DNA of 64,000 bases from Leucoraja ocellata (taxonomy: Eukaryota): assembly GCA_036785375.1 (NCBI GenBank), contig JAWMAR010000392.1:1054001-1118000 (forward strand), written 5' to 3'. Positions 12,412-25,699 of the stretch are shown here, piece by piece. The position numbers and the translations under genes were made by a program. The notes under the pieces are model-generated. The model had not been told where the DNA came from. It saw only the letters and a list, made by a program, of their open reading frames with translations, and ran no database searches. Position 1 is the stretch's first letter, and each line of letters starts with the position of its first letter.

Positions 12412-13349
12412 CATAGAGACAGAAACATAGAAATTAGGTGCAGGAGTAGGCCATTCGGCCCTTCGAGCCTGCACCGCCATTCAATATGATCATGGCTGAT
12501 CATCCAACTCAGTATCCCGTACCTGCCTTCTCTCCATACCCCCTGATCCCCTTAGCCACAAGGGCCACATCTAACTCCCTCTTAAATATAGCCAATGAAC
12601 TGGCCTCAACTACCCTCTGTGGCAGAGAATTCCAGAGATTCACCACTCTCTGTGTGAAAAAAGTTCTTCTCATCTCGGTTTTAAAGGATTTCCCCCTTAT
12701 CCTTAAGCTGTGACCCCTTGTCCTGGACTTCCCTAACATCGGGAACAATCTTCCTGCATCTAGCCTGTCCTTAAGAATTTTGTAAGTTTCTATAAGATCC
12801 CCTCTCAATCTCCTAAATTCTAGAGAGTATAAACCAAGTCTATCCAGTCTTTCTTCATAAGACAGTCCTGACATCCCAGGAATCAGTCTGGTGAACCTTC
12901 TCTGCACTCCCTCTATGGCAATAATGTCCTTCCTCAGATTTGGAGACCAAAACTGCACGCAATACTCCAGGTGTGGTCTCACCAAGACCCTGTACAACTG
13001 CAGTAGAACCTCCCTGCTCCTATACTCAAATCCTCTTGCTATGAAAGCCAACATACCATTCGCTTTCTTTACTGCCTGCTGCACCTGCATGCCTACCTTC
13101 AATGACTGGTGTACCATGACACCCAGGTCTCGCTGCATCTCCCCCTTTCCCAATCGGCCACCATCTAGCCTGTCCAACCCCTTAAGAATTTTGTAAGTTT
13201 CTATAAGATCCCCTCTCAATCTCCTAAATTCTAGAGAGTATAAACCAAGTCTATCCAGTCTTTCTTCATAAGACAGTCCTGACATCCCAGGAATCAGTCT
13301 AGTGAACCGTCTCTGCACTCCCTCTATGGCAATAATGTCCTTCCTCAGA
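12412..13349 (-). mobile_element. CR1 family B ((TTTCTATG)n tail), internally rearranged
   Basis: ORF 12509..13318 contains the QRRFTRLIPG...LDRLD segment twice. Confidence 0.85.
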
Positions 13350-15514
13350 TGTACAGGTTTAGCCCCAGATAGTGTGTGTGGGATAGTTTTAATGTGCAGG
13401 GATTGCAGTTGGGTACGGACTGGACTGAAGGGCCTGTTTCTGCGCTGTATTTCATAACAAAAAACTAAACTAAACTATCCAAATGCTTTTCAACGCTGTG
13501 ATAGTACCTGGCCTCATCTACCTCCTGTCTACAACTCATTCCGTATACCTACCACCCTAGGTGTGAAAGTTGTCCCTCAGGATCTTTCCCCCCTCATCTT
13601 TAACCCGTGTCCTCTGGCTCTTGATATCCCAACTCTGGGTAAAAGACTACATTTATCTCTTCATGATCTGATGCACTTCTATAACATCACCTCTTATCCT
13701 GCTGCAATCCAAGCCTGTTCAACCTCTCCCCACAACTCAGGCCCATGATTCCTGGCAACGTAAATTTTCTCTGTGGTACACAAAAATGCTGGAGAAACTC
13801 AGCGGGTGCAGCAGCATCTATGGAGCGAAGGAAATAGGCAACGTTTCGGGCCGAAACCCTTCTTCAGACTGTGGTTTCGGCCCGAAACGTTGCCCATTTC
13901 CTTCGCTCCAAAGATGCTGCTGCACCCGCTGAGTTTCTCCAGCATTTTTGTGTACCTTCGATTTTCCAGCATCTGCAGTTCCTTCTTAAATAAATTTTCT
14001 CTGCACCCTTTTCTGCTTATTCATAATCATAATCGTAATTTATTAGCCAAGTATGTTTTGCAACATACAAGGGATTTGATTTGCCGTACAGTCATACCAA
14101 AAACAGCAACAAGACACACAAGAGGCTGCTGTCGTGTGGCGCCATCTGATGGGGATCAACCCCAATAACAGGTCGACCAAAACTGAACACAACACTCCAA
14201 ATGTGTTCTCAAGGAACATAACTTTCCAACTTCTATTTGTAGGAAGGAACTGCAGATGCTGGTTTAAACCAAACATAGACACACAAAGCTGGAGTAACTC
14301 AGCGGGACAGGCAGCATCTCTGGAGAGAAGGAACGGGTGGAATATATTTATTCCTGTGAAATGTCAAGTGCTGCATCTCAGTAGCTCACAGCTCCACAGC
14401 TTCCTGTAAATGGCAACACAGGTAGACAAAGTAGTAAAGGAGGGGTGTGGTATGCTTGCCTGCGTTGCACGAGCCATTACGTATAAGAGTTGGGTCGTTC
14501 AGATTTGCATAATGCAGCTTTATAGGACATTGGTTGATCTGCATTTGTAGTATTGCGTGCAGTTCTGGTCACCCCTTACAGATATATTTTGGTGTTGCTC
14601 GTTCTTCACTGGCTCGTCTCCAGTTGGTTCAGAATGCTGCTGCTCGCCTTTTAACAGGGACTCGAAAGAGGGAGCACATATCGCCAATTCTGGCCTCCCT
14701 ACACTGGCTCCCGGTGCACTTTCGGGTTCATTTTAAGATACTGTTATTTGTTTTTAAATCTCTGAATGGGCTCGCCCCGCCTTACCTCTCTGAGCTGCTC
14801 CACCCATACGCTCCTGCCCGGTCTCTCAGGTCAGCTGGTCAGCTGCTCCTGGAGGTACCGAGGTCTAGTCGGAGGCTCAGAGGGGATAGAGCCTTCTCTG
14901 TTGCTGCTCCGGCACTCTGGAACACCCTGCCGTTGCACATCAGACAGGCCCCCTCACTGTCCATCTTCAAATCCAGTGTTAAAACGCATTTTTACTCCCT
15001 GGCTTTTGACCATGCCTGAGGCTTTGCTTCTGTTTGTGGTGTTTTTGATGTTTCTTTATTTTACTTGTCTTTTCCTACTATTTCTTTTGATTGTTATTTT
15101 TGGTGTGTGTTAACTTTTTTGTCAATGATTAGTGATGTACAGCACTTTGTTGCAGCTATGTTTGTTTTTAAAGTGCTCTATAAATAAAATTATTATTATT
15201 GTTATTATTATTATATAATGTGGAGGCTTTGGAAAGGGCACAGAAGAGGTTTACCAGAACCAGCCTGAATTAGTGGGTAATGGCTATGAGTGTGTCATCC
15301 GTTTGAAGAAGAGTCTCGACCCAAAACGCCACCCATTCCTTCCCTCCAGAGATTCAAGATTCAAGAGAGTTTATTGTCATGTGTCCCATATACTCCCTTT
15401 GCCTTCCAGATGCTAACATGTTTGGCCAAGGATGAGGGGTCATTTGGCACAATTGATGAAGCAGATTTTATTTTGCGAATGATTTCTCCTCCCTCCAACC
15501 CACTGCCCACTTAC

Positions 15515-15594
15515 CTTGTTCAAGTCTTGCCGTGAAACTCTGTTAAACTCAACAAATCCTTCCGCGGCGTCCGACTTTCTCCTTCGATAATAAA
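15515..15594 (-). CDS. Exon 4, copy c
   Basis: Intact AG/GT; variant reading (I)YYRRRKSDAAEGFVEFNRVSRQDLNK. Confidence 0.55.
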
Positions 15595-18128
15595 CTGACA
15601 TAAAACAATGAGATAGCAACAGGATTTCTAATTGTGCATTATCCAGAGTCTTACCAATTTGTAGCCATTAAATGATGGAAGCAGGGCAGCACGGTGGTGC
15701 AGCGGTAGAGATACTGCCCTACAGCCCCAGGGACCTGGGTTCGATCCTGACTGCGGGTGCTGTCTGTACGGAATTTGTATGTTCGCCCCGTGACCTGCAC
15801 GGGTTTTCTCCAAGATCTTTGGTTTCCTCCCACACTCCAAAGATGGACAGGTTTGTAGGTTAATTGGCTTGGTATAAATGTAAATTGTCCCGAGTGTGTG
15901 TAGGATAGTGGGAACATGATCAAAGTGGACTCAGTGGGCTCTAGGTGTGAAAGTTATCCCTCAGGATCTTTCCCCCCTCATCTTTAACCCGTGTCCTCTG
16001 GCTCTTGATATCCCTACTCTGGGTAAAAGACGGTACATTTATCTCTTCATGGTCTGATGCACTTCTATAACATCATCTCTTATCCTGCTGCAATCCAAGC
16101 CTGCTCAACCTCTCCCCACAACTCAGGCCCATGAGTCCTGGCAAAGTAAATTTTCTCTGTGGTACACAAAAATGCTGGAGAAACTCAGCGGGTGCAGCAG
16201 CATCTATGGAGCGAAGGAAATAGGCAATGTTTCGGGCCGAAACCCTTCTTCAGACTGCGGTTTCGGCCCGAAATGTTGCCCATTTCCTTCGCTCCATAGA
16301 TGCTGCTGCACCCGCTGAGTTTCTCCAGCATTTTTGTGTACCTTCGATTTTCCAGCATCTGCAGTTCCTTCTTAAATAAATTTTCTCTGCACCCTTTTCT
16401 GCTTATTCATAATCATAATCGTAATTTATTAGCCAAATATGTTTTGCAACATACAAGGGATTTGATTTGCCGTACAGTCATACCAAAAAAAGGCAGCAAG
16501 ACACACAAGAGGCTGCTGTCGTGTGGCGCCATCTGGTGGGGATCAACCCCAATAACAGGTCGACCAAAACTGAACACAACACTCCAAATGTGTTCTCAAG
16601 GAACATAACTTTCAAACTTCTATGTGTAGGAAGGAACTGCAGATGCTGGTTTAAACCAAACATAGACACACAAAGCTGGAGTAACTCAGCGGGACAGGCA
16701 GCATCTCTGGAGAGAAGGAACGGGTGGAATAAATTTATTCCTGTGAAATGTCAAGTGCTGCATCTCAGTAACTCACAGCTCCACAGCTTCCTGTAAATGG
16801 CAACACAGGTAGACAAAGTAGTAAAGGAGGGGTATGGTATGCTTGCCTGCATTGCACGAGCCATTACGTATAAGAGTTGGGTCGTGCAGATTTGCATAAT
16901 GCAGCTTTACTAGGGGCGCTGCACTGGCAGCAGCCTCTACCTACAGCCTGTATGTCATTTCCATCTTTTTTATTATTTTTAGTTAGTCCAAAGTCTGTTT
17001 TAGGGGGAAACTTTTACTTTTCTATGTGGGGGAGGGGGGCAGGGTAAGGGGGAAACCGTTTCTCAGCCTCTTCCTAGCGGGGACGCGACTATTTCTCCGA
17101 GTCGCGTCCTCGCCCCCCATCTCGCGGCCTACCAGCTGGATCGGAGCGGCCTTTCCTGCCGGGGACCGGGATCCGGACCAGGGCTGCTACAGTGGCGGCG
17201 CAGCGCTGGAGTCACCGCGGAGCGGGCGATACCTACCTGGGTCGCCGTTTGGACCTCCGGAGCGTTGGGCCGTTGCTCCAACATCGTGGAGCTCCGGTGC
17301 GGAGAGCTTCCAACGCGGCGGCGCTGAACGGCATCGTGGAGTCCTGGGGCGCCTTGTAGAGGGCCTACAGCAGCAGTCTCCACCCGGCGCGGCCTGCGGA
17401 CTTTGGAAGCCGCCGACTCCGGTAGGAGGGGGCCGACTCTGTGTCCATGCCACTGAGGACGTCCCGCAGCCCCGACGTCGGACTGGTATCATCCCGGCGT
17501 GCGGTCCTGGACATCGGGCCGCCAGTAGCTGCAACTGCGGAGGGCTTGGGGAGACCCTGACCACGGGGAGCAGTGGAGGAAGAAGACTGACTTTGGTGCC
17601 TTCCCACACAGTGGGAAACTTTGATTCTGCTGTGTGGGGATGTTTTGTGTTAAATTCTATAGTGTGTTGAGTCCTGTTTATTTTTTTTGTATGGCTGTAT
17701 GGGAATTCATTTCACTGTGCCATCTGGCACATGTGACAATTAAAATCTATCTATCTATCTATCTTTATAGGACATTGGTTGATCTGCATTTGTAGTATTG
17801 CATGCAGTTCTGGTCACCCCTTACAGGTAGAATGTGGAGGCTTTGGAAAGGGCACAGAAGAGGTTTACCAGAACCAGCCTGAATTAGTGGGTAATGGCTA
17901 TGAGTGTGTCATCCGTTTGAAGAAGAGTCTCGACCCAAAACGCCACCCATTCCTTCCCTCCAGAGATTCAAGATTCAAGAGAGTTTATTGTCATGTGTCC
18001 CATATACTCCCTTTGCCTTCCAGATGCTAACATGTTTGGCTAAGGAAGAGGGGTCATTTGACACAATTGATGAAGCAGATTTTATTTTGCAAATGATTTC
18101 TCCTCCCTCCAACCCACTGCCCACTTAC

Positions 18129-18208
18129 CTTGTTCAAGTCTTGCCGTGAAACTCTGTTAAACGCAACAAATCCTTCCGCGGCGTCCGACTTTCTCCTTCG
18201 ATAATAAT
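18129..18208 (-). CDS. Exon 4, copy b
   Basis: Same 80-nt exon with intact AG/GT, inside the tandem duplication. Confidence 0.55.
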
Positions 18209-21128
18209 CTGACATAAAACAATGAGATAGCAACAGGATTTCTAATTGTGCATTATCCAGAGTCTTACCAATTTGTAGCCATTAAATGAAGGAAGCAGGG
18301 CAGCACGGTGGTGCAGCGGTAGAGATACTGCCCTACAGCCCCAGAGACCTGGGATCGATCCTGACTGCGGGTGCTGACTGTACGGAATTTGTATGTTCGC
18401 CCCGTGACCTGCACGGGTTTTCTCCAAGATCTTTGTTTCCTCCCACACTCCAAAGATGGACAGGTTTGTAGGTTAATTGACTTGGTATAAATGTAAATTG
18501 TCCCTAGTGTGTGTAGGATAGTGGGAACATGATCAATGTGGACTCAGTGGGCCAAAGGGCCTGTTTCCGTGCTGTATCTCTAAACTAAACTAAAACTAAA
18601 CACAATACTTTAATGCTGGATTAATATGTTGCACATATAGAGCTTTTTTTATAGTAGATTTATAGTGGATATTGGTCACTAATTTAGCCTCAGGGGTGCA
18701 TAAAGAAATGGGGCCAGAGATGGATGAAGTGAAAGTGTGAGCCATTTGACAATTGGCAGCCAAAACGTGGTGAAATTCTCCAGAAGCGGCACGGTGGCGC
18801 AGCGGTAGAGTTGCTGCCTCACAGCACCAGAGACGCAGGTTCGATCCTGACTACGGGTGCTGTCTGTTCGGAGTTTGTACGTTCTCCCCGTAACCTACGT
18901 GGGTTTTCTCCGAGATCTTCGGTTTCTTCCTACACTCCAATGACGAGCAGGTTTGTAGGCTAAGTGTTCAAGCAGGAACTGCAGATGCTGGAAGATCGAA
19001 GGTACACAAAAATGCTGGAGAAACTCAGCGGGTGCAGCAGCATCTATGGAGCGAAGGAAATAGGCGACGTTTCGGGCCAAAACCCTTCCTTCACTCCATA
19101 GATGCTGCTGCACCCGCTGAGTTTCTCCAGCATTTTTGTGTACCCAGGTTTGTAGGCTAATTGGGTTGGTAAAATTATAAAATTGCCCCTCGTGTGTGTA
19201 GGATAGTATTAGTGTGCGGGGATCCCTGCTCGTAGCGGGCTCGGTGTGCCGAAGAGCTTATCTCTAAGCTAAACTAAGCAGAGACCAGTCCATAGAAACA
19301 GAAACATAGAAATTAGGTGCAGGAGTAGGCCATTCGGCCCTTCGAGCCTGCACCGCAATTCAATATGATCATGGCTGATCATCCAACTCAGTATCCCGTA
19401 CCTGCCTTCTCTCCATACCCCCTGATCCCCTTAGCCACAAGGGCCACATCTAACTCCCTCTTAAATATAGCCAATGAACTGGCCTCAACTACCCTCTGTG
19501 GCAGAGAGTTCCACAGATTCACCACTCTCTGTGTGAAAAAAGTTCTTCTCATCTCGGTTTTAAAGGATTTCCCCCTTATCCTTAAGCTGTGACCCCTTGT
19601 CCTGGACTTCCCTAACATCGGGAACAATCTTCCTGCATCTAGCCTGTCCAACCCCTTAAGAATTTTGTATGTTTCTATACCTACCACCCTAGGTGTGAAA
19701 GTTGTCCCTCAGGATCTTTCCCCCCTCATCTTTAACCCGTGTCCTCTGGCTCTTGATATCCCAACTCTGGGTAAAAGACTACATTTATCTCTTCATGATC
19801 TGATGCACTTCTATAACATCACCTCTTATCCTGCTGCAATCCAAGCCTGCTCAACCTCTCCCCACAACTCAGGCCCATGATTCCTGGCAACGTAAATATT
19901 CTCTGTGGTACACAAAAATGCTGGAGAAACTCAGCGGGTGCAGCAGCATCTATGGAGCGCAGGAAATAGGCAACGTTTCGGGCCGAAACCCTTCTTCAGA
20001 CGGCGGTTTCGGCTCGAAATGTTGCCCATTTCCTTCGCTCCTTAGATGCTGCTGCACCCGCTGAGTTTCTCCAGCATTTTTGTGTACCTTCGATTTTCCA
20101 GCATCTGCAGTTCCTTCTTAAATAAATTTTCTCTGCACCCTTTTCTGCTTATTCATAATCATAATCGTAATTTATTAGCCAAGTATGTTTTGCAACATAC
20201 GAGGGATTTGATTTGCCGTACAGTCATACCTAATATCTTGGCCTCCACAACGTCTGTGGCAATGAGTTCCACAGATTCACCACCCTGACTAAATGAATTA
20301 AGCAGTTTCTTACTCAACCATCTCATCTTCCCATCACCCACACTCTCCTCCCATCAGGTTCTCCCCCGCCCCTCTCCTCATTGCCATCTGCCCACCCAAC
20401 GTCTCTCCTTTGGTGAGAGGAATGGGTGACGATTTGGAACGAGACCCTTCTTCAGACCCCCATTCCTTCAATCCTGCCTGTCAGAGTTACTCCAGCGTTT
20501 TGTGTCTATCTTTGGCTTAAACCAGTATCTGCAGTTCCTTCCTACACCTTTCTCTTCTTTGGTCCCAGACACCACCATCCCTTCCCTTCCCATCTGATCC
20601 CATCATCTGCAACCCCTGGTCACCTCCATCATTCACATCCCACCCACCATTGTTATCACCATCCCTCTTTAACCCAGTTCAACTATATCCAGCAATCCAT
20701 CCCCTCCTCAACCTGGATCCACTGACCAGGTGCCACCTCTTTCCACCCCCCCACACCCTACTGGTTTTCCCCTCCCCACCCTGATAGTCCAGAGGAAAGG
20801 TCCCAACCCGAAATGTCGACTGTCCATTTCCTTCTCCTGATACTGCCTGACACGCTGAGTTCCTGCAGCTTCGGCACAAAATGCTGGAGCAACTCAGTGG
20901 GTCAGGCAGCATCTCTGGAGACAAGGAAGAGGTGACTATGTTTCGGGTTGAGACCCTTCTTCAGAAGCTCCAGCAGCTCAAATGTATACAACCAGAATCA
21001 CATTCACTCCCTTTGCCTTCCAGATGCTAACATGTTTGGCTAAGGAAGAGGGGTCATTTGACACAATTGATGAAACAGATTTTATTTTGCGAATGACTTC
21101 TCCTCCCTCCAACCCACTGCCCACTTAC

Positions 21129-21208
21129 CTTGTTCAAGTCTTGCCGTGAAACTCTGTTAAACGCAACAAATCCTTCTGCGGCGTCCGACTTTCTCCTTCG
21201 ATAATAAT
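21129..21208 (-). CDS. Exon 4, copy a (juxtamembrane cytoplasmic exon)
   Basis: Acceptor ttgttttatgtcag| and donor AAG|GTAAGT, 80 nt, phase 1 to 0. Reads (N)YYRRRKSDAAEGFVAFNRVSRQDLNK, with a basic stop-transfer cluster. Confidence 0.75.
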
Positions 21209-22330
21209 CTGACATAAAACAATGAGATAGCAACAGGTTTTCTAATTATGCATTATCCAGAGTCTTACCAATTAGTAGCCATTAAATGATGGAAGCAGGG
21301 CAGCACGGTGGTGCAGCGGTAGAGATACTGCCCTACAGCGCCAGGGACCTGGGTTCGATCCTGACTGCGGGTGCTGTCTGTACGGAATTTGTATGTTCGC
21401 CCTTGACCTGCATGGGTTTTCTCCAAGATCTTTGTTTCCTCCCACACTCCAAAGATGGACAGGTTTGTAGGTTAATTGGCTTGGTATAAATGTAAATTGT
21501 CCCTAGTGTGTGTAGGATAGTGGGAACATGATCAATGTGGACTCAGTGGGCCGAAGGGCCTGTTTCTGTGCTGTATCTCTAAACTAAACTAAAACTAAAC
21601 ACAATACATGAATGCTGGATTAATATGTTGCACATATAGAGTTTATTCTAGGTTTATGGAGGATATTGGTCACTAATTTAGTCCCAGGGGTGGATAAAGT
21701 AATGAAGGGGCCAGAGATGGATGAAGTGAAAGTGTGAGCCATTTGACAATTGGCAGCCAAAACGTGGTGAAATTCTCCAGATGCGGCACGGTAACACAGC
21801 GGTAGAGTTGCTGCCTTACAGCACCAGAGACGCAGGTTCGATCCTGACTACGGGTGCTGTCTGTTCGGAGTTTGTACATTCTCCCCGTAACCTACATGGG
21901 TTTTCTCCGAGATCTTCGGTTTCTTCCTACACTCCAATGACGAGCAGGTTTGTAGGCTAAATGTTCAAGCAGGAACTGCAGATGCTGGAAGATGGAAGGT
22001 ACACAAAAATGCTGGAGAAACTCAGCGGGTGCAGCAGCATCTATGGAGCGAAGGAAATAGGTGACGTTTCGGGCCGAAATCCTTCTTTAGTCTGAAGAAG
22101 GGTTTCGGCCCGAAACGTCGCCTATTTCCTTCGCTCCATAGATGCTGCTGCACCCGCTGAGTTTCTCCAGCATTTTTGTGTACCCAGGTTTGTAGGCTAA
22201 TTGGGTTGGTCAAATTATAAAATTGCCCCTCCTGTGTGTAGGATAGTATTAGTGTGCGGGGATCGCTGGTCGGAGAGGGCTCGGTGTGCCGAAGAGCTTA
22301 TCTCTAAGCTAAACTAAGCAGAGACCAGTC

Positions 22331-23592
22331 CATAGAGACAGAAACATAGAAATTAGGTGCAGGAGTAGGCCATTCGGCCCTTCGAGCCTGCACCGCCATT
22401 CAATATGATCATGGCTGATCATCCAACTCAGTATCCCGTACCTGCCTTCTCTCCATACCCCCTGATCCCCTTAGCCACAAGGGCCACATCTAACTCCCTC
22501 TTAAATATAGCCAATGAACTGGCCTTAACTACCCTCTGTGGCAGAGTTCCAGAGATTCACCACTCTCTGTGTGAAAAAAGTTCTTCTCATCTCGGTTTTA
22601 AAGGATTTCCCCCTTATCCTTAAGCTGTGACCCCTTGTCCTGGACTTCCCTAACATTGGGAACAATCTTCCTGCATCTAGCCTGTCCAACCCCTTAAGAA
22701 TTTTGTAAGTTTCTATAAGATCCCCTCTCAATCTCCTAAATTCTAGAGAGTATAAACCAAGTCTATCCAGTCTTTCTTCATAAGACAGTCCTGACATCCC
22801 AGGAATCAGTCTGGTGAACCGTCTCTGCCCTCCCTCTATGGCAATAATGTCCTTCCTCAGATTTGGAGACCAAAACTGTACGCAATACTCCAGGTGTGGT
22901 CTCACCAAGACCCTGTACAACTGCAGTAGAACCTCCCTGCTCCTATTTTCAAATCCTTTTGCAATGAAAGCTAACATACCATTCGCTTTGTTTACTGCCT
23001 GCTGCACCTGCATGCCTACCTTCAATGACTGGTGTACCATGACACCCAGGTCTCGCTGCACCTCCCCCTTTCCCAATCGGCCACCATTTAGATAATAGTC
23101 TGCTTTCCCATTTTTGCCACCAAAATGGATAACCTCACATTGATCCACATTATACTGCATCTGCCAAACATTTGCCCACTCACCCAGCCTATCCAAGTCA
23201 CCTTGCAGTCTCCTAGCATCCTCCTCACAGCTAACACTGCCCCCCAGCTTAGTGTCATCCGCAAACTTGGAGATATTGCCTTCAATTCCCTCATCTAGAT
23301 CATTAATATATATTGTAAATAGCTGGGGTCCCAGCACTGAGCCTTGCGGTACCCCACTAGTCACTGCCTGCCATTGTGAAAAGGACCCGTTTACTCCTAC
23401 TCTTTGCTTCCTGTTTGCCAGCCAGTTCTCTATCCACATCAATACTGAACCCCCAATGCCGTGTGCTTTAAGTTTGTATACTAATCTCTTATGTGGGACC
23501 TTGTCGAAAGCCTTCTGGAAATCCAGATACACCACATCCACTGGTTCTCCCCTATCCACGCTACTAGTTACATCCTCGAAAAATTCTATAAG
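22331..23592 (-). mobile_element. CR1 family B, RT to 3' end
   Basis: ORF 22525..23559: YLDFQKAFDKV, GVPQGSVLGP, FADD. Confidence 0.9.
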
Positions 23593-23821
23593 AGTCCAGT
23601 ATAGTCATCAAGTTTTCCATGTCTGTTGGGTCTTACCTTTCAAAAAAACTTGTTTATGCAATAAAGCTGGAGTTACTCAGCGGGACAAGCAGCATCTCAT
23701 GAGAAAAGGAATAGGTGACGTTTCATTCTTCAGACTGAAAATGGCAGGAAAGAGACATGAGATATATAGACAATGGTGTAGAGATATAGAACAAATGAAT
23801 GAAAAATATGCATACAAATAA

Positions 23822-24327
23822 TGTACAGGGAGTACAGAGAAGGTTCACCAGACTGATTCCTGGGATGTCAGGACTTTCATATGATGAAAGACTGGATAGA
23901 CTCGGCTTGTACTCGCTAGAATTTAGAAGATTGAGGGGGGATCTTATAGAAACTTACAAAATTCTTAAGGGGTTGGACAGGCTAGATGCAGGAAGATTGT
24001 TCCCGATGTTGGGGAAGTCCAGAACAAGGGGTCGCAGTTTAAGGGTAAGGGGGAAATCTTTTAGGACCGAGATGAGGAAAACATTTTTCACACAGGGAGT
24101 GGTGAATCTCTGGAATTCTCTGCCGCAGAAGGTAGTTGATGCCAGTTCATTGGCTATATTTAAGAGGGAGTTAGATGTGGCCCTTGTGGCTGAAGGGATC
24201 AGGGGGTATGGAGAGAAGGCAGGTACAGGATACTGAGTTGGATGATCAGCCATGATCATATTGAATGGTGGTGCAGGCTCGAAGGGCCGATTGGCCTACT
24301 CCTGCACCTATTTTCTATGTTTCTATG
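23822..24327 (+). mobile_element. CR1 family B 3' fragment nested in a PLE remnant (~23660-24615)
   Basis: ORF 23799..24236. PLE-like sequence lies on both sides, with a degenerate GIY-YIG C-terminal region at ~24430-24615 on the minus strand. Confidence 0.8.
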
Positions 24328-24674
24328 TAACAATGAAAAAGGAAATAGGTCATTGTTAGGTGTAGCGAGGTGAGAATATAAAGCTGATGTGACTTGGGTG
24401 GGGGAGGGATGGAGAGAGAGGGAAGACCGGGGTTACTTAAAGTTAGAGAAATCAATGTTCACACCCCTGGGGTGTAAGCTGCACATGCAAAATATGTGAA
24501 GCTGGTCCTCTAATTTGTATTTAGCCTCATTCAAACAATGGAGACCTAAGACAGAAAGGGCATTGTGGGAATTGGAAGGGGAATTAAAGTGTTTAGCAAC
24601 CGGGAGATCAGCTAAGCTTCACACAACTTTGAATTTAAACACCATTGAAAATAAATTCTTTGCTCCAGACTCTC

Positions 24675-24708
24675 AGTCTGAAGAAGGGTCTCGACCTGAA
24701 ACGTCACC
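24675..24708 (+). ncRNA. Minimal hammerhead ribozyme motif (PLE)
   Basis: gt-CTGAAGA-a-GGGTC tc GACCT-GAAAC-GTC-ac. Confidence 0.6.
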
Positions 24709-24921
24709 AATTGCTTCTCTCCAGAGATGCTGCCTGTCCCACTGAGTTACTCCCGCTCTTTGTGTCTATCGTCATTCTAAACCAGCGTCTACAGTTCCTT
24801 CCTACACAGTGCTGGTGCAAGCTGCCCTTGTCTCTCGGTATGTGAGACCATGACATCAGTAAACTTGTGATCTACCACTAGATGCTGACCGCCATTCACT
24901 GAGTCAGGAAGGGTCACTTAC

Positions 24922-25056
24922 TCCTGAGGCCTTTGGTCAGCAGTATGGTCAAGCCAATGGTGATTAGGACAAGGAAAAGGGATGCGGGTATAACTGTATC
25001 CATCAGCCTGTTCCGCCCAGATCCTGTTGTAGTCGCGGAAGTGGAGGTGACACTTT
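24922..25056 (-). CDS. Exon 3: Ser/Thr-rich stalk plus transmembrane helix
   Basis: Acceptor ttttattacag| and donor A|GTAAGT, 135 nt, phase 1 to 1. Reads (E)SVTSTSATTTGSGRNRLMDTVIPASLFLVLITIGLTILLTKGLR. Confidence 0.8.
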
Positions 25057-25699
25057 CTGTAATAAAACAGTTGGGTTATTGCAGTAAACTAGATCAGAAG
25101 GGACCACTTCCTCAATGAGGCAGCCAATATCACCAAAGACCCACACAACCCTGGCCACGCTCCCATCCCGCAGCGTGAGAACTGTGATGGGATAGACTGA
25201 GACTGACTCCCTTCCCTCTCCCTTCCCAATCTTTGCACATCCTCAATCCTTTCCACTCCCCACTTTAATTTCATGTATTTTGTGTTGACAGATCAATCTC
25301 CCTACTATCAAGTTCAATCGTATGGTATCAGATGGTATTCGGCTTTTGTTATGGTCAGCTAGTTTAATTTAGTTTATTACTGTCACGTGTATGGAGGTAC
25401 TTGTTTGTTACCTGATATCCAGTCAAAGAAAAGACTTAAACTTGATTACAATCAATCCGTCCACAGTGTACAGATAAAGGATAAAGGAATCCACATTTAG
25501 TGCAAGATAGGGTTTAATTAAAGATATACACAAAATGCTGGGGTAACTCAGCGGATCAGGCAGCATCTCTGGAGAGAAGGAATAGATGACATTTCTAGTA
25601 GGAACCCTTCTTCATATTGCTATTATTTTCCCAAATACTGCAGTTGTGAACAGTGTGATTACATTAACGTGATTAGATGAATGAATTACAGAGTGCAAG

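Larger units (their letters stand above)
5320..23150. repeat. Higher-order tandem segmental duplication (~6.9-kb period) containing the exon 4 copies
   Basis: Near-identical ORFs at constant offset 6877-6879 (7656/14534, 8412/15290, 10149/17026, 12486/19365). An internal subunit restarts at ~6679, 9063, 13558, 15941 and 19690. The segment from 21008 matches the segment from ~11130. Confidence 0.9.

Noticed and set aside
6679-21700. Regular repeats as a CRISPR-like or prokaryotic system
   Set aside because: The units are kilobase-scale eukaryotic segmental duplications, with no repeat-spacer structure and no cas-like ORFs.
24933-25118. Plus-strand 61-aa ORF
   Set aside because: It is the antisense shadow of the TM exon.
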